Origin: Tubiluchus corallicola
Taxonomy: Eukaryota > Animalia > Priapulida
Direction of reading: 5' to 3'
DNA: 64,000 nucleotides
Assembly: GCA_030141605.1 (NCBI GenBank)
Contig: JAQGDQ010000147.1
Span: 372,001-436,000, forward strand
Below are positions 12,201 to 23,911 of the stretch, one piece after another. The notes below the pieces were generated by a model. That model had not been told where the DNA came from. It did no database searches and saw nothing but the letters and a program-made list of their open reading frames with translations. The position numbers and the translations under genes are program-made. Every line of letters begins with the position of its first letter. Within the stretch, counting starts at the first letter, position 1.

Positions 12201-15153
12201 GGTTGCGCTTCTTGAACAAGCTTCTCTTTTGTGTGAGATGCGATGTGCCAAACAAGCAAAAATGTGTTTGGATAGCGCAATAAAGTATTTGCAGTTTGTT
12301 CCTTCCAAAGCTTGTCAAGGAAAAGCTGAGATTTTAAAGATCAAAAATCATATGATGATTGGGAGCTTTATTGGTGATAAGCATGCTAATATGAAAGTTT
12401 CAGGCTTAAAAAGTGTAATAGCTAACTCACCAAGTGAATTTTTAGTAGATGCTCTAGTTGATATGGCAAAGTTCACATATGATCACTGTTTAGGAAATGC
12501 AGTGGAGAATTTTACTTGTGTCAATCAAGTTGAAAACTTGATAAATATAGTGCTTCATGAGAAAATCCTTGATAAATATCAGCAAGCTGCTCTTACATTT
12601 GCCTCACTTATGATCAGAAGCTTAAAATCATTCAGCAGAACTGAAGTAGAGGGATTTTGTGAAAAATTGGATGAATGTTGGCAGATTTTAACTCAAGAAT
12701 GTTATTTTTATCTAGCAGTAGACCTGCCAGTGACATTTGCTAAGCTAAAAAGAGATGCGTCTGTAGATATTAATACAAAAACTGGACTAGTAGCGGCATT
12801 CCAGTTTTACAGTAAAGCCTTGAACATTAGTGAACAAAAGTTAGCTAACATTGTAAAGGACCTTCAACGTGCTAATCAATTAAGTGATACATGTTATGTT
12901 GCTGTTGTTGGAAAATTGAATATTGTAGAACTTGAATACTGTGCCTTAATGACTGATATGCTAGAAATATTTTTGATAGAAAGGCACAAATATTTAGCTG
13001 AGCAGTCAGCTAAACACCCAACTGTTAGACTCATCGAACTATACACGTTTGATCCAAACTCTTACACTGATACAGAAAAATATTGGTATGATGTTTGTGA
13101 CAAATTACCTGGCTTAGCAACTGAAAACTTGCAAAAAGTTATCGGCAGCATTGCTGTGGATCCTATTGTGAAAATGAGAGGTATTTACTTACTAGGAAGA
13201 TGCCATTTGCTCACATATCATATAAGACAAGCAGCTGAACAAGAAAGAAAAATTAATACAAAGGAAATCTATAAGTTAGACAGCACTTGCACTGAAGAAT
13301 CAGAAACTGATGATCAGAAAGCATTGTTTGAAGAAGGTATCGCGGCACTGAAAGAATCCTGCAATATCGGGCTTCAACATGGTTTTTTATATGGTGTCAT
13401 GAAAGCATCTTTGAATATAATGCATGCCTGTGCAAAGTGTAGTGTTCAAACTTCTGCTATGTATTTAGCTTTGTATCAAAGCTGCATGGCTTCCTTGGAG
13501 CTGCAGAAAATGTGCGTATATCTTTTGTCTCATACATCTTTAGCCGATATTCTAGTGCCAGTTAATCTTCTCTTGGGAGTTTCAAGAGGTGGTATTATAA
13601 TGGATACAATTGAGTCAAGCTTTTTAAAAAGGCAGCAAAGCACTTTGTTGCAGAATATAAAATATGTGGATTTATTTTTCATTAAATTGCACATGCTAAA
13701 GATAAGGAGCGAATTGCCAGGCAATTGTTCAGTCTTACTGTTTCAGCATATTCCAGAAAAGCACTGTTTGTATTGTGCAATGATTGATACTAAAGGAGAT
13801 GGAAGACCAACAAAACCAAATGTGCCTTTGCCTGATCTACCATTTATTATCTTAGAAAACATTGATAAAAAACTTAATGAACTTGTGTCATCATTTGTGT
13901 CCTTCCAGAAAAGTGTAGATGACAGATCAAGAAAATTTGCCTTTGTGGGTAATGCTGCGAGTGGGAATTCTGATTTCTCGTACTTTACTGAGTGGTATGC
14001 AAGGCTATTGTCTGAGCTGGAATTACTTCTGAAACCAGTAACTGAAAATTTACAGGGCTATTATGGTCAGATAGATTTTAAGCAGCAAACCCTAATCATT
14101 TTGTCAGATTCTTTGATAATGCAGCTACCATTAGAAAGGCTTCACATTTTTAAAAGGTTTAGTGCAATTAGCCGTGATTTCTCTGTCCATCTTTTATACA
14201 AGAGACTACATGGTATTGCCATCCAAAAACCAAAGTCTCCTGAAAGCAAGAAAAGGCAAGGAACAAGTAAAGAACGGAGGGTTCCAAAAATACAAGCATT
14301 GGCAGAAACTGAAACAGAAAGACAAATAAATGAAGAAGCAAATGGAAAAGTAAAACAAACAAAATTTTCAGAAGATGTACGAAAAAAATCTGTGCCATCT
14401 GATAAGCAAACAGATCAAGGAGGTAAGCTAATGGAAATATGTGAGTCTCCACAAAATGCAAAGTTAAGGCAAAGACCAAAGTCATCTGGTTCAAGGAAAA
14501 CGGTGAAACATAGTCTACCAGGATGCAGAGGTGTTTTTCTTTCAGAATCAGTGTATATTGTTGACCCCCATGTTGAATCAATTTTGACTACAGCAACAAT
14601 GGAGTTAATATTAAAACAAAATCTGCCCTTGACAAAGAAATTTCATGGATTTCTTGGAAATAAGTCAAAATTATTGGAAAGTCAAAAGGAAGCCATGCTG
14701 GTCAAAGCAAAGGCTCTTGTTTTTTGTGGCACAGAATCTATGGTGATCGAGTTTCCTTTTGAAAAGCTGTTGTTACTATCCATGCCACAGTTAACACTAG
14801 CATTGCTGATTGACAAGATGCACACAAAAGAAAGCATTTTGAGAGGAGCCAGTTCTGGTGTTGAATTAAAAACTGATGTTGACATAGTAAAGTTGTTGAC
14901 TTTATGTTGTGGTACTCAGAGCATTGTTCTTAAAATGTTTGGAACCAATACTGAGGAAACTAATGCAGCCCTTGAAGGCATAATGTCAGGATTTCTTAAA
15001 GAAAAACTATGTAGTGGTCAATGTTCTATGGAAGGAATAACAATTGGTTCAAATTTAGAGGAAGATAAAGGTATTCCATCCAGCAGGCTGAAATTTCTAG
15101 AAGTTCTGTTGCATTTTACCTGCTATGGTTTGCCTAACATTATACTTGTTTAA
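9226..15153 (+). CDS. CFAP46: Cilia- and flagella-associated protein 46-like (TTC40), divergent, 1975 aa, single coding exon
   Basis: Uninterrupted 5.9-kb ORF (first ATG 9226, acceptor AG at 9218-9219). Helical, Leu-rich, TPR-like composition with Lys-rich linkers. C-terminal motifs LIILSDSLIMQLPLE..SAISRDFSVHLLY, YIVDP and terminal YGLPNI match the CHAT/separase-like C-terminal region I recall for CFAP46. Confidence 0.8.
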   Translation: MMSKNKARRMSKSSHRDSKCLSEETFPTLDIPLIVEVIINGIAGSPSFDKVYIEHLKVKIFSSLQQISATYEFCKIPSDLNSLSTRRNAEIMFEIALVGKEWHLWNMVTISALLCIMFCNEVRQEQPVEKSKENKKALKIPVSPRHAAEALDETLELMCVKASILLVKNLYEILRHLQSLCDSPDNTNMTGKNEILVCSDKVLDAIFLCLSSAMISSKKLLCEDCMLKLTSLQWNCSHFLRIKGKEHLLLQHFVQSFTLMLTMNNPSLPMIEQMARFSIVICKGFIQSWIEKEVKTPEEDVVKSKKKSLKSPRAKPKANIDEINDYKQALVFLDNAKNAAELAASNYLKTVSLSLYFELLESWVTCKNLLNQKINYGSLTIPADEKKNVICVARKAFIGFQLLIMKMSSEKETSKDKGRKEQKESSSAASFRSVITLLDSINWNTEEKLAVYLWVELAHMLVAEEDFLNVEACCQRAVEIDNEQIDDQTKGLLKEAWLLLGIYYPVETEATVEKLSCFVNCAKIALNLKDYQSFFRAVYHFWNSYEIMFRTEFPKQATVLHISIVTSMAELLRVAGTIIPKGLIPKEFSVIYTNLSTVVLQAMFNRGDLETFLSASEKISKKLAPIGHMHVIHQLRILAKAHLCLPFNCELENVNEFDDQDQLATLWMWIAKYTPESDRDNKKQAFQFVIKYMDSQFYYVQRINMLFEYVGFLMKNGFAQSLILEQLQEIISFVDSSHTDVPAELSASSPEKARTKSGASDSLPEKSFNIKAFQLISLIRSCCFMASLLDVGTFTYHDKCLAIVATCKQLVLELFKNCELMIREPSARLGEKVGKTGTRLSERVSRKRLSRCKPSLAGSFENWPAARIPFAVLQSKDNKMRGILTQGETLVLYWQLNDLIKNIRRICLHPLCFPVLIIQQFLSASLLHCMPLYILSCLRMLQLCDELHISDGSCFWYSSLENIGLDVDSIFILNNCCSSGDSDAAETLASYVVALLEQASLLCEMRCAKQAKMCLDSAIKYLQFVPSKACQGKAEILKIKNHMMIGSFIGDKHANMKVSGLKSVIANSPSEFLVDALVDMAKFTYDHCLGNAVENFTCVNQVENLINIVLHEKILDKYQQAALTFASLMIRSLKSFSRTEVEGFCEKLDECWQILTQECYFYLAVDLPVTFAKLKRDASVDINTKTGLVAAFQFYSKALNISEQKLANIVKDLQRANQLSDTCYVAVVGKLNIVELEYCALMTDMLEIFLIERHKYLAEQSAKHPTVRLIELYTFDPNSYTDTEKYWYDVCDKLPGLATENLQKVIGSIAVDPIVKMRGIYLLGRCHLLTYHIRQAAEQERKINTKEIYKLDSTCTEESETDDQKALFEEGIAALKESCNIGLQHGFLYGVMKASLNIMHACAKCSVQTSAMYLALYQSCMASLELQKMCVYLLSHTSLADILVPVNLLLGVSRGGIIMDTIESSFLKRQQSTLLQNIKYVDLFFIKLHMLKIRSELPGNCSVLLFQHIPEKHCLYCAMIDTKGDGRPTKPNVPLPDLPFIILENIDKKLNELVSSFVSFQKSVDDRSRKFAFVGNAASGNSDFSYFTEWYARLLSELELLLKPVTENLQGYYGQIDFKQQTLIILSDSLIMQLPLERLHIFKRFSAISRDFSVHLLYKRLHGIAIQKPKSPESKKRQGTSKERRVPKIQALAETETERQINEEANGKVKQTKFSEDVRKKSVPSDKQTDQGGKLMEICESPQNAKLRQRPKSSGSRKTVKHSLPGCRGVFLSESVYIVDPHVESILTTATMELILKQNLPLTKKFHGFLGNKSKLLESQKEAMLVKAKALVFCGTESMVIEFPFEKLLLLSMPQLTLALLIDKMHTKESILRGASSGVELKTDVDIVKLLTLCCGTQSIVLKMFGTNTEETNAALEGIMSGFLKEKLCSGQCSMEGITIGSNLEEDKGIPSSRLKFLEVLLHFTCYGLPNIILV

Positions 15154-16075
15154 TATGCATGAAAAAAATTTTCTTGTAGTTTTTCACCAGTTGCTGCATA
15201 GTTAAAGACTTAATAAGTTAATAAGTACATTGTTGTGAGGCATACGTTCCATGTCTTTGTTTCGTGTAGTATAAAAATGTTTATAGCGGTATAGATAAAG
15301 TTCATTTTTCAATTACAGATTATTCACAGTCACCATCATTCTCATAATTATAGGCATTTTGAATCAAAGTCGTTCCACCTAGCCAGTAACTACTGCACAT
15401 GTATGTTCACTTATTAAATTATTTTTGTATGAGAATGATAAAAGAATGTCATTAAAATTAATGTGATCGTATAGGTGTACGTTCGTAATATTAAAAGTTG
15501 TAATTTGTAATTTATTATCCATTTCAGCATAATTAAAATTTGCATATCACATTATAACTATTATAAAACAAATATAGTTGCAGTAATTGTAAAAGAGAAA
15601 CAGAAAGTAACAGAAAAAATGCAAATATAATTGCAATAATTGTAAAAGAACTATTATATTAATATAGTTACTAAACTGCATAATAGTTTATCAACCAGAA
15701 ATATATGCTGCATGGTGGTCAAGAAGCAAAGCTTGTGAAACCATCACGAAAAGTGGAAAAAAACAAGAGAAAGAATTATAGAGAAAGAATAGTAAAGATA
15801 AAGTAATAGAATAAGATAGAGAAAAAAGAGAAGAGAAATGAAATAAAATGAAACTTATATTATTATATTATCAAGTAATTGCACAATGGAAGACCAGCAG
15901 TTTGTAAGGAAAAGGGTATATATGTATATAATTATACAATTATATAATATATATATGTATATATATATATAATAACAATCTTTATTTAATGTAGTCTTTT
16001 GGGTGAACAATTAACATTAGCTCAAAGAGCTATTATCGCTGACTGTAAATAACAACCTACAACTACATAACAGAG

Positions 16076-16225
16076 ATTATTATTACCCCATTCTTACCCT
16101 AAATACCATGCGCCAGGCAGGCCAACAGCAGGTACCATTTTTGAAGTCTTTGGTTTGGCCCGGCTCTATCGAACTCACGACCTCCCAGACCAAAAGCGGA
16201 TGCATTACCACAAGGCTAAACCGTC
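16076..16225 (-). mobile_element. tRNA-derived SINE (short copy)
   Basis: Minus strand: A-box-like TAGCCTTGTGGT, B-box-like GAGTTCGAT, central ACCAAAGACTTCAAAAATGGTACC (resembles a conserved metazoan SINE core, from memory) and (TAA)n tail. Confidence 0.7.
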
Positions 16226-17398
16226 TGGTCAAATATGTATTATATAATTGTTCCGAACCCAAAAAACCAATCTGAACCGACACCTATTTGTTTTTATTTT
16301 GCTTGAAATGAATACCATTTTTTATTTTCCTCAAGATCAATACCGGACTGATACCGATTCCGTATTTTTTCACTAATATCGGAAACCATTCTATCAGAAC
16401 AACACTATTTGCAGTGTCACTTGGTGTCTATCACCCAGTCTGCCACTGTATCCTCATGCTTTGTCTTGGTATTTCATCATATTCGTAAGATATACCATGT
16501 ATATGCTCTTTTCTCATCACCAAATCACTGCAAACTAACGTCAATAAAAATGCAGTTTGCAAGATGAAAGACACGACTTTTATAATCATTTTATACACAA
16601 ATTTCATTTATTCTATTGCATGGTCAGTGTTTAGTGTATTTTTTTACTCAACTGTTTATTGCATTTTTAAGTGCTTACAGACCCGTGGCATACATTTCAA
16701 GTTTTCTTTATTTACCTGTAATTGGTTTCACTTACATCTTACACAGATCTGTACATAGATCTGCTTTCAAAAAACACTATGTTCTGTGATATCGTCCGTT
16801 AAAAGGCGGAATGAACATATTAAGTCTTCTTTGTAAAATTTTGAAACTTACTTTTAGTTGAGTCATATTGAACCTTATGGTCATAATTTCTTTCATCTTA
16901 TCCGAATGACATTTTTTTATATTTTTAGCAAATGATCTTCCATTTGAAAACTGCTGTTCTTTAGAAATCTTAACTTTCTCATGTTATCTGTCTTAGTTTT
17001 AATTAAATTTCTAACAGATTAATTTCGTTTTTATGTGCTTCTTCTATTTAAACTGATTAAATTAATTTATATCAGTTTTAATCATGATATCTTTCATTTC
17101 TGAATGCCAATATTAATTCATAATATTTAATAATATTAATTATTAAAATGTTAATGTATTTGTGCTTGTAAAATTGTTTGACCAATCTTTCATTGCTGGA
17201 ATTCATTAATGATCAAACATTATTTTTTTGCATTCTTTTCTATAATATCATAGGCCGTAATTAGATGTTTGCGTTTCAGCTACGTGCCGCGTCTCCTAAG
17301 AGGCAAGATGCAAGTGTTCGTTGTGATCGTACGGAAATTCCTTGTATTTGTCAGTAAAAATACGAACAGGTAAGAAATCGGCAATAGTACCGACTGTT

Positions 17399-18147
17399 GG
17401 GCGCCAAGTAATCCACTAGCCGAAGTAGGACAATTGGCGTACATGGGCTAGCCCAAGTAGGACGCGTCGTACATGGGTTGCCCAAGTAGGACACTAGAAA
17501 CAGGTCGCGAATTGAGTCGTTAAGCGTACTAGCACCGTCCGTCGTTATTGTTTATGTAATAATAATAATTAGAAAAGTCAATAGACGTTGAATAATTTAT
17601 TATTCATCTGATAAAATAAAAGAATTTTATTCTGAGCTAGAACAATTAATATTTGCCAATATTAATCTTTTTTGAAGTGAAATAAGTGCACCTTTTAGGC
17701 GATTCCAACATTTGTTTAAGGTATATCATTTTTTTATTTTGTTTTGCTTCACAGACAGGTGATCCTTTTCACTCCCTCTTGGATAAATAATTGTTTTCTA
17801 CTAAGTAAACGCGTTAGCGAGTTATGTGCCCTACATAGTTTCTCTCTTTAAAGCATTAGATACTTAGTTTAATGTTATGATGATATTAATGGAGCTAATA
17901 ATAATGATGATATTGTTGTAAAAAAATACATTTGTAAATTGTCAAGGACTATCCATCATTATTATAAAGTTACTTTTTTTTCTAAAACAAATTTACTTTT
18001 ATGTTTTAGTATGTCATAAATCTGGATTCTCGACAGAAATCGCAAGTGTCCTACTTGGGCTGCCCATGCACGGCACTGATTTTCCGCAAATTTAGCACGC
18101 GTTTTGCCGGAAGTTTTCTACTTCGGCTAGTGAATTACTCGGCGCCC
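17399..18147. mobile_element. ~750-bp inverted-repeat element (MITE-like) immediately upstream of PITHD1
   Basis: GGGCGCCAAGTAATCCACTAGCCGAAGTAG (17399) pairs with CTACTTCGGCTAGTGAATTACTCGGCGCCC (to 18147); inner CATGGGTTGCCCAAGTAGGACACT pairs with AGTGTCCTACTTGGGCTGCCCATG; AT-rich core. No clear TSD. Confidence 0.75.
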
Positions 18148-18168
18148 TACACCAATTGTACATCGAGT

Positions 18169-18357
18169 ATGGCTGGACATGGACATGGGCATAATTGCAG
18201 TGATGAACATGATCATGATAAAGTCGATAATATAGGAGCAGCTTTTTCGCTTTACCTGAAAATTGATACACTTAATGTCGAGTGTTTGAATGAAATTATT
18301 GACGGGTCTGGTAAAACAGTATTTAAGCCTTGGGATCAACGGCTTGATAAGGAGAAG
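18169..18357 (+). CDS. PITHD1: PITH domain-containing protein 1, exon 1
   Basis: MAGHGHGHNCSDEHDH...FSLYLKIDTLNVECLNE...GSGKTVFKPWDQRLDKEK, donor AAG|GTAGG. The six exons join in frame to 627 nt (208 aa). Confidence 0.95.
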
Positions 18358-19395
18358 GTAGGCTGTGCATCGTGGCCAGCGGTCCGCTTCCACATCTGAT
18401 TTTTTTGCCTTTAAGATCCGGCACCCGTACTTTAATTTTCACCTTTAAGGTACGGCGGTGGAAACCAAGTTTTTTACCTTAAAGATTGGGCACCGGAATT
18501 GAAATGTTGTAGCTTAAACTTTAACCGTTGACTTGCATAAAGGCTTAAAGCTTAAAAAATTCGTTTTGAAATTTTAAACCACTTACACATTGTCTTATTG
18601 CACACAGAGCTTGCGTTAGTAGCAAGGCCGTATCAATTTTGAAAATTTAAACTCCATTTTGACGGCAAGTTGTTTGAAATAAGTTTAGATAACATTGTGT
18701 AAAGTTTGAAAAAATAATCAGCATTCGTATCACACATTAACTAAGCAAAAATTACTGTACGGCGAGTCGGTGACATACCCTGGAAGTGAATCAACTACAT
18801 TTCATCAATTATTTCGAACATTTTAAATTAAGATTTTTTTCTAGTTACATAGGTCTTTCAAGCAGGTAAGCAAAATGCTAAGTAACGTGACTTTGCATGG
18901 AAAGTTTTTTGGGACATAGTTTAACATTGTCTTTACGTTGTGTGTAGGACACTTTAGGTGATGCCATGTATAATGGCGTGGTCGGATGGTCGGAACAGTA
19001 TCGCGGGAGATTTAAAGTGAAATCAAACAAAAATTCTTTTTAATGCAAGTACGATATATTCTTAAAATTTCTGTAAACTAATATTTATAACCTTTAAACA
19101 CGATTTTTCTGACTCCTACTTCGGGAACCTCTTTTCTTGTCCTTTCGGATCCACTGTCAGACTTGCATATTTTTAAAGAAGGAATGACACCAAAATTAAG
19201 CTGCGCTTGAATAACTCGCATATGTATTACGAATACGACTATGTACCTCGTTCTTCACGCGGATTTTACTCCACAAAGGCTCAGATAAAGTGACATATAA
19301 AAGGAACGTTTTACTAGGTTGCCATTGAATATGGAGCTGCGCTTGTGCCTCTCGTGGTATATGTTGGCATGACGTCATTTAGTACACAGCACTTA

Positions 19396-19890
19396 CCGTA
19401 TATACTCGCATATAAGCCTACATCGCATATAAGCCGACTCCCTAAAACTGCTTTAAAATGGCCAGTTTTTGCAAAAACCCGTATATAAGCCGACCATCAA
19501 CTTGTCTAATTTTACTCCATACCCAATCAACAAAATTGATCCCTTTTTGTCACATTTTTTTAATTGGGTATTTTGATTCATAGAAATTTTTTACTATAAA
19601 GATGTAAAATGCTTACTTTTATGAATACAAAATGCAGACATTTATTGAAATGTGAATTTTTTCTAAAAAAAAAGTGGGTGGACGGCGATCCCCCACGATC
19701 CCCCTCCAATACACCACTGGTGACACACAACCAAATAAAGAGTCAGATAGCGATAAAAATGTGTGGCTGGAAAATTGGCATTAGTGTCTGTCCTTGTGTT
19801 CATTTTGTTTCATGCGCATATAAGCCGACCCCCTGATTTCAGTATTGTATTTTATAGTTCTAAATTCGGCTTATATGCGAGTATATACGG
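19396..19890. mobile_element. Tc1/mariner-superfamily (pogo/Tc2-like) MITE, 495 bp
   Basis: TIR CCGTATATACTCGCATATAAGCC ... GGCTTATATGCGAGTATATACGG, flanked by TA on both sides; subterminal TATAAGCCGAC repeats. Confidence 0.9.
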
Positions 19891-22436
19891 TATGCTGTAT
19901 GCTGCGTTTGTTTGCATTATCAAGCAATATCAGCGTATAGTACGTGAAAACAGTTTGTACCTTATGATTGTATCATGGTATCATAGTAGATTAGTAATAC
20001 TATTTGGTCTGCATGGAAGATTTGCTCGCTGTTGGTCCTCATGATTGTTGTTATTGAAAAATGTCCCATGGAAAGAGTCACGCTTTAAAACAGACACTTT
20101 CACTTAGGTGCTAATGCTCTATGCTCGGTCTTTGGCTGCAGCAATTAGATGTAAAATGTCGGAATCTGAAGCCGAACAGTCAAATTTTCACAAGTTTCCC
20201 TTTGACAACAGAAAATTATTCTAACTGTGGAAGCACAAACTAAAAAAAAGTGGAATTCATGCCATTAGAATGCAATGATTTCTGCTGTGATAATTTCAAA
20301 TTAAGTTTCAAACAGAAAGGACATCAATTTTTACAAAATTGATATTTTTCTTTAAAAATTTTATAACTTTTAAAATTTTAAAAATACTACGTTTACACAT
20401 ATATCGCAATTATATATGGCATAATACAAACTCTCATGTTACTTGTATGACTTATTGTTTCTCCATGAATGTCAAATAATGCTAATATATTGTAAACTAT
20501 TAACCATTACAGTACTGATAAATATTTCAGTAACCAAACACTCCACGACCTATTTAGTGTAATGAATGTTATACTAAGTTATTTTGTAAATTTTATTACA
20601 CGCACATAAAAATGTTTGTAGTTAAAAACAACAGAACTTTATTAAAAACTTTTACTTTACATTAAAAAATTGTAAAAGTTTTTGCATACGTTGTTTGGCC
20701 TGATTTTTTTCTTTTAACTTTTTAATATAAAAGGTTTTAATAAAGTTGTGTTGTTTTTAACTACAAATTATTTTGTAAATCTGTAAAAAAGACTTTGATG
20801 AACTTGGCAATATGTTGAGGGCATTACTTTATTATTTAGTGCATGCAATTTTATGATGATGTATCAGTCCCAATCTGGTGGCTAACATGCAATAATTAAA
20901 CTAGTAATATTCAGTAAAAATCTGGTCAACAACTAATTACAATTTAAAACATTAGGTCCACAACTTTAGTATTGATAACCTATAAGCATTTGGACAAAAT
21001 TAAACATCTGTCGATAGTACAAAAAAGTACTATTTGTGTATGTTGTGGAATTTCAGAAATACACAATTTAAAATTGTCAGAAAATTTTAAGATTTTAATG
21101 TAAAAATGGATAGAGCATCTGGTTATCATGTAAAACAAAAATCTTAGTGATTTAAATGACTGAGGATTCTAATAGACTTAAAATAATTCACAAACGTTAA
21201 GTCACTAATTATATAGACAGTATTTAATATATAAATATATTATATTATTATATATATAATATTAATTAATCCCTGTATGCATTGGGGGCTGCACATAGCT
21301 TACTTTTGTCAAGGCTGACAAATACACTTGTCATTATAAAATTATGTCTCGCTAGCAGTACACTAGCAATTTCTATATACATGCTATATGTATGTCTTCT
21401 AGCAGAATTTATCTTCAGCCTTCTTTTTTACAGAAAACCTGCTTTTCTAGCGTAGGCCTACAGTATTTTCAGTTGTTACCACGTCAGTTTTAACAAAGTC
21501 TTGTAGGGGTACTTTTGCTGCTGTGGGTGGGTTCTTTAACATTACATATTGAAAAACTATGTTTTAAAGCTTAAGACAGTAAAAAATTTCACAGTTTCGT
21601 GCAGACTTGATATAATTATGTGAATGAGTGTAGTGACAACCCTTTCTCTCAGCTGATTACTTATATGACTCAAAGTCAGGTACTGGACAGCAGCACAGTT
21701 GCATAATGCAAGTTATGAACTAGCTTAAGGTTCGCTATGTGTAATATCATTAGGAAAAGCTGGGTTAGTTCGATGTTTTAACAATGAGAGGCATACAGAG
21801 CTCACTATGGTGTTTCCCATGGGGTACAAAAAAGTTAATTACTCATTAATTAATTCAGCGCATTGCTAAAAAACTTTTGCCTAGAAAATATAACGATCTG
21901 TATCTGGAAAAACAGTGAATGGAAAAACATCCAGCAGTGACAAATACAGTATCGGTATTAAACAGTATAACTGTGAGGTAGCCTTGACTCTACATGCTAC
22001 AATAATTGAGTAGGCAAGCATACATAGAAATTACCATCATATTTTTATACCAAAAAACACCATTTATTGATTTTTAAAATTGATGAAAGTAATATTTGCT
22101 GTGAAAATATTTGAAATTTGAGTAAAACTTTATATTTAATAAAACATGTAGTAAATCATTTTTTAAACCAACTCATGCCACCTGTCTGAAAATAGAAGTG
22201 CCCATCTGCAGTGCCAGACATGCATACAGTATTTCTAGAAATAAAATGTCTGGGAAGGTAACATTAAGAAAGGGGCTTCATAGGTGTATTGTAAATAATT
22301 ATAATGTTAGCTATAATGTTAAAGTCATAAAATTAATATTATTATCAGTATTTGTATAAGTGTAACATAAATAATTACACTGTACCATAATTATTATGTA
22401 CATTATTCTGGCACATCTAGTAATGGAACAAATTTA

Positions 22437-22720
22437 GGTAAAAATAGCACAGTAAAAATGGCACAAATGAAAAGGTAGGCAAAAAATGGCAAAGGAAAAA
22501 TGGGACATTTAATAAATTGACTGGTTCGATTGATTATAATTTTATTTCAGACGAGTAAAATATGTTTAGGTTTAGGGTTACCATGGGGAATAATTATTTT
22601 AGTTATTTTTACCTCTGCCAAAGAAGTTATGCCTGAACACAGTTTGTTTGTTTGGTTGTTCTTTGTCTGTTATGGCAGTAAGCTATCGCTATTTAACAAA
22701 TTTCCAAGAAACTGTGTGAA
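22437..22720 (+). repeat. Dispersed repeat with AAAAATGGCAC motifs, related to the reverse complement of ~62860-63150
   Basis: Shared order: AAAAATGGCAC repeats, TTAGGGTTA, ATAATTATTTT, GTTTGTTTGGTTG, CAGTAAGC, TTAAC..ATTTCCA. Confidence 0.6.
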
Positions 22721-23624
22721 AAAATGTGGGTATAAGTGCCAAAATGAGAATCTTTTTGCTGGTCCTTTTTTTCCAAAACTAGACCGAAGAACCCCACATA
22801 CAAAAAAAGCATTTGTGAAGCACTTTGTGGCTGTCTCAGAGGGAGTAATTAGTACTCCTTTTTTGTTATCTCTACTTGGACAAACAACTACTAGTTAAAT
22901 CCAGTTCCATTTCAAGAAATTCTAACTTGTAAAACTATATAACGCTGTATATAACGTTTGCCTATTAAGAGTCATTCCGTGAGAAAATCAGCAAAATAGT
23001 GGAAGGTGACAAATCACCGATTTTGTTCATATTCACAGGGTTTGATGGTCCCCTCAGATGTACTCCACAGCCAAAATATTAGATTTCAGAAATGAGCCGT
23101 TTCTGAGAAAAGCCGCCATTTTGATTTTTTTCGGATTTTGGCCATTTTGGCGTAAAAAATTGCCCATTATTTCTCACGTTATTACAGACAGTAAATGAGC
23201 GATCCAGCACTAGTTAATTGGTGATATATATAGTAGGGGTCTTACCCTACCGTACCATTATCGTTGCCAAATTGAACCTCCTTTTCAGTTGGTGTCATCA
23301 GATTGCAAAAGATACGTGTCTGCTGCTGCTGAATTTAGACGCCATTTTGAAATCCCCATAACTCCACTGGGGCGGGTATTGGGGGACTAATCAATATATT
23401 TTTATTTGCAGCTTGACTAGTCCTACAAATGCATGAAATAAAATTTTGGCCAGCGATCTCCCAAGAGTCCAGAATTTTTAGCCAAAGTTGCTCTTTTTTG
23501 CCATTTTCACAACCTTGACCTATATTTAGCTATTCGCTTTGGATGACGGTGTTGCCATTAGAATCGATACAAAGTGCAGCAACGTCAATGTTTATAGTAA
23601 TAATGGACTGGTGGCTTTACATGT

Positions 23625-23911
23625 CTGGGCACTCCTAGCAACCAGGCCCCTCATCAGGGGCCGCATTCCCTTCGAAGGGCCCCTGTGACGATTACAACAT
23701 AGTGATTTTTATAATCTGTATAAAACACGGAATAATTTCATGTACATAATAACAGTTTCGTGTACAACCTGGGCACTCCTAGCAACCAGGCCCCTCATCA
23801 GGGGCCGCATTCCCTTCGAAGGGCCCCTGTGACGATTACAACATAGTGATTTTTATAATCTGTATAAAACACGGAATAATTTCATGTACATAATAACAGT
23901 TTCGTGTACAA
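23625..23911. repeat. Near-perfect 144-bp tandem duplication inside the Sola3-like element
   Basis: CTGGGCACTCCTAGCAACCAGG...TTTCGTGTACAA starts at 23625 and again at 23769. Confidence 0.95.

Noticed and set aside
9267-14885. Antisense ORFs within the CFAP46-like CDS
   Set aside because: Short shadow ORFs without recognisable motifs.
16150-16225. tRNA gene
   Set aside because: A/B-box-like motifs only; no complete cloverleaf, and it continues into a SINE core and (TAA)n tail.
18046-18168. N-terminal extension of PITHD1 from GTG at 18046
   Set aside because: Lies in the MITE inverted repeat; homology starts at ATG 18169.
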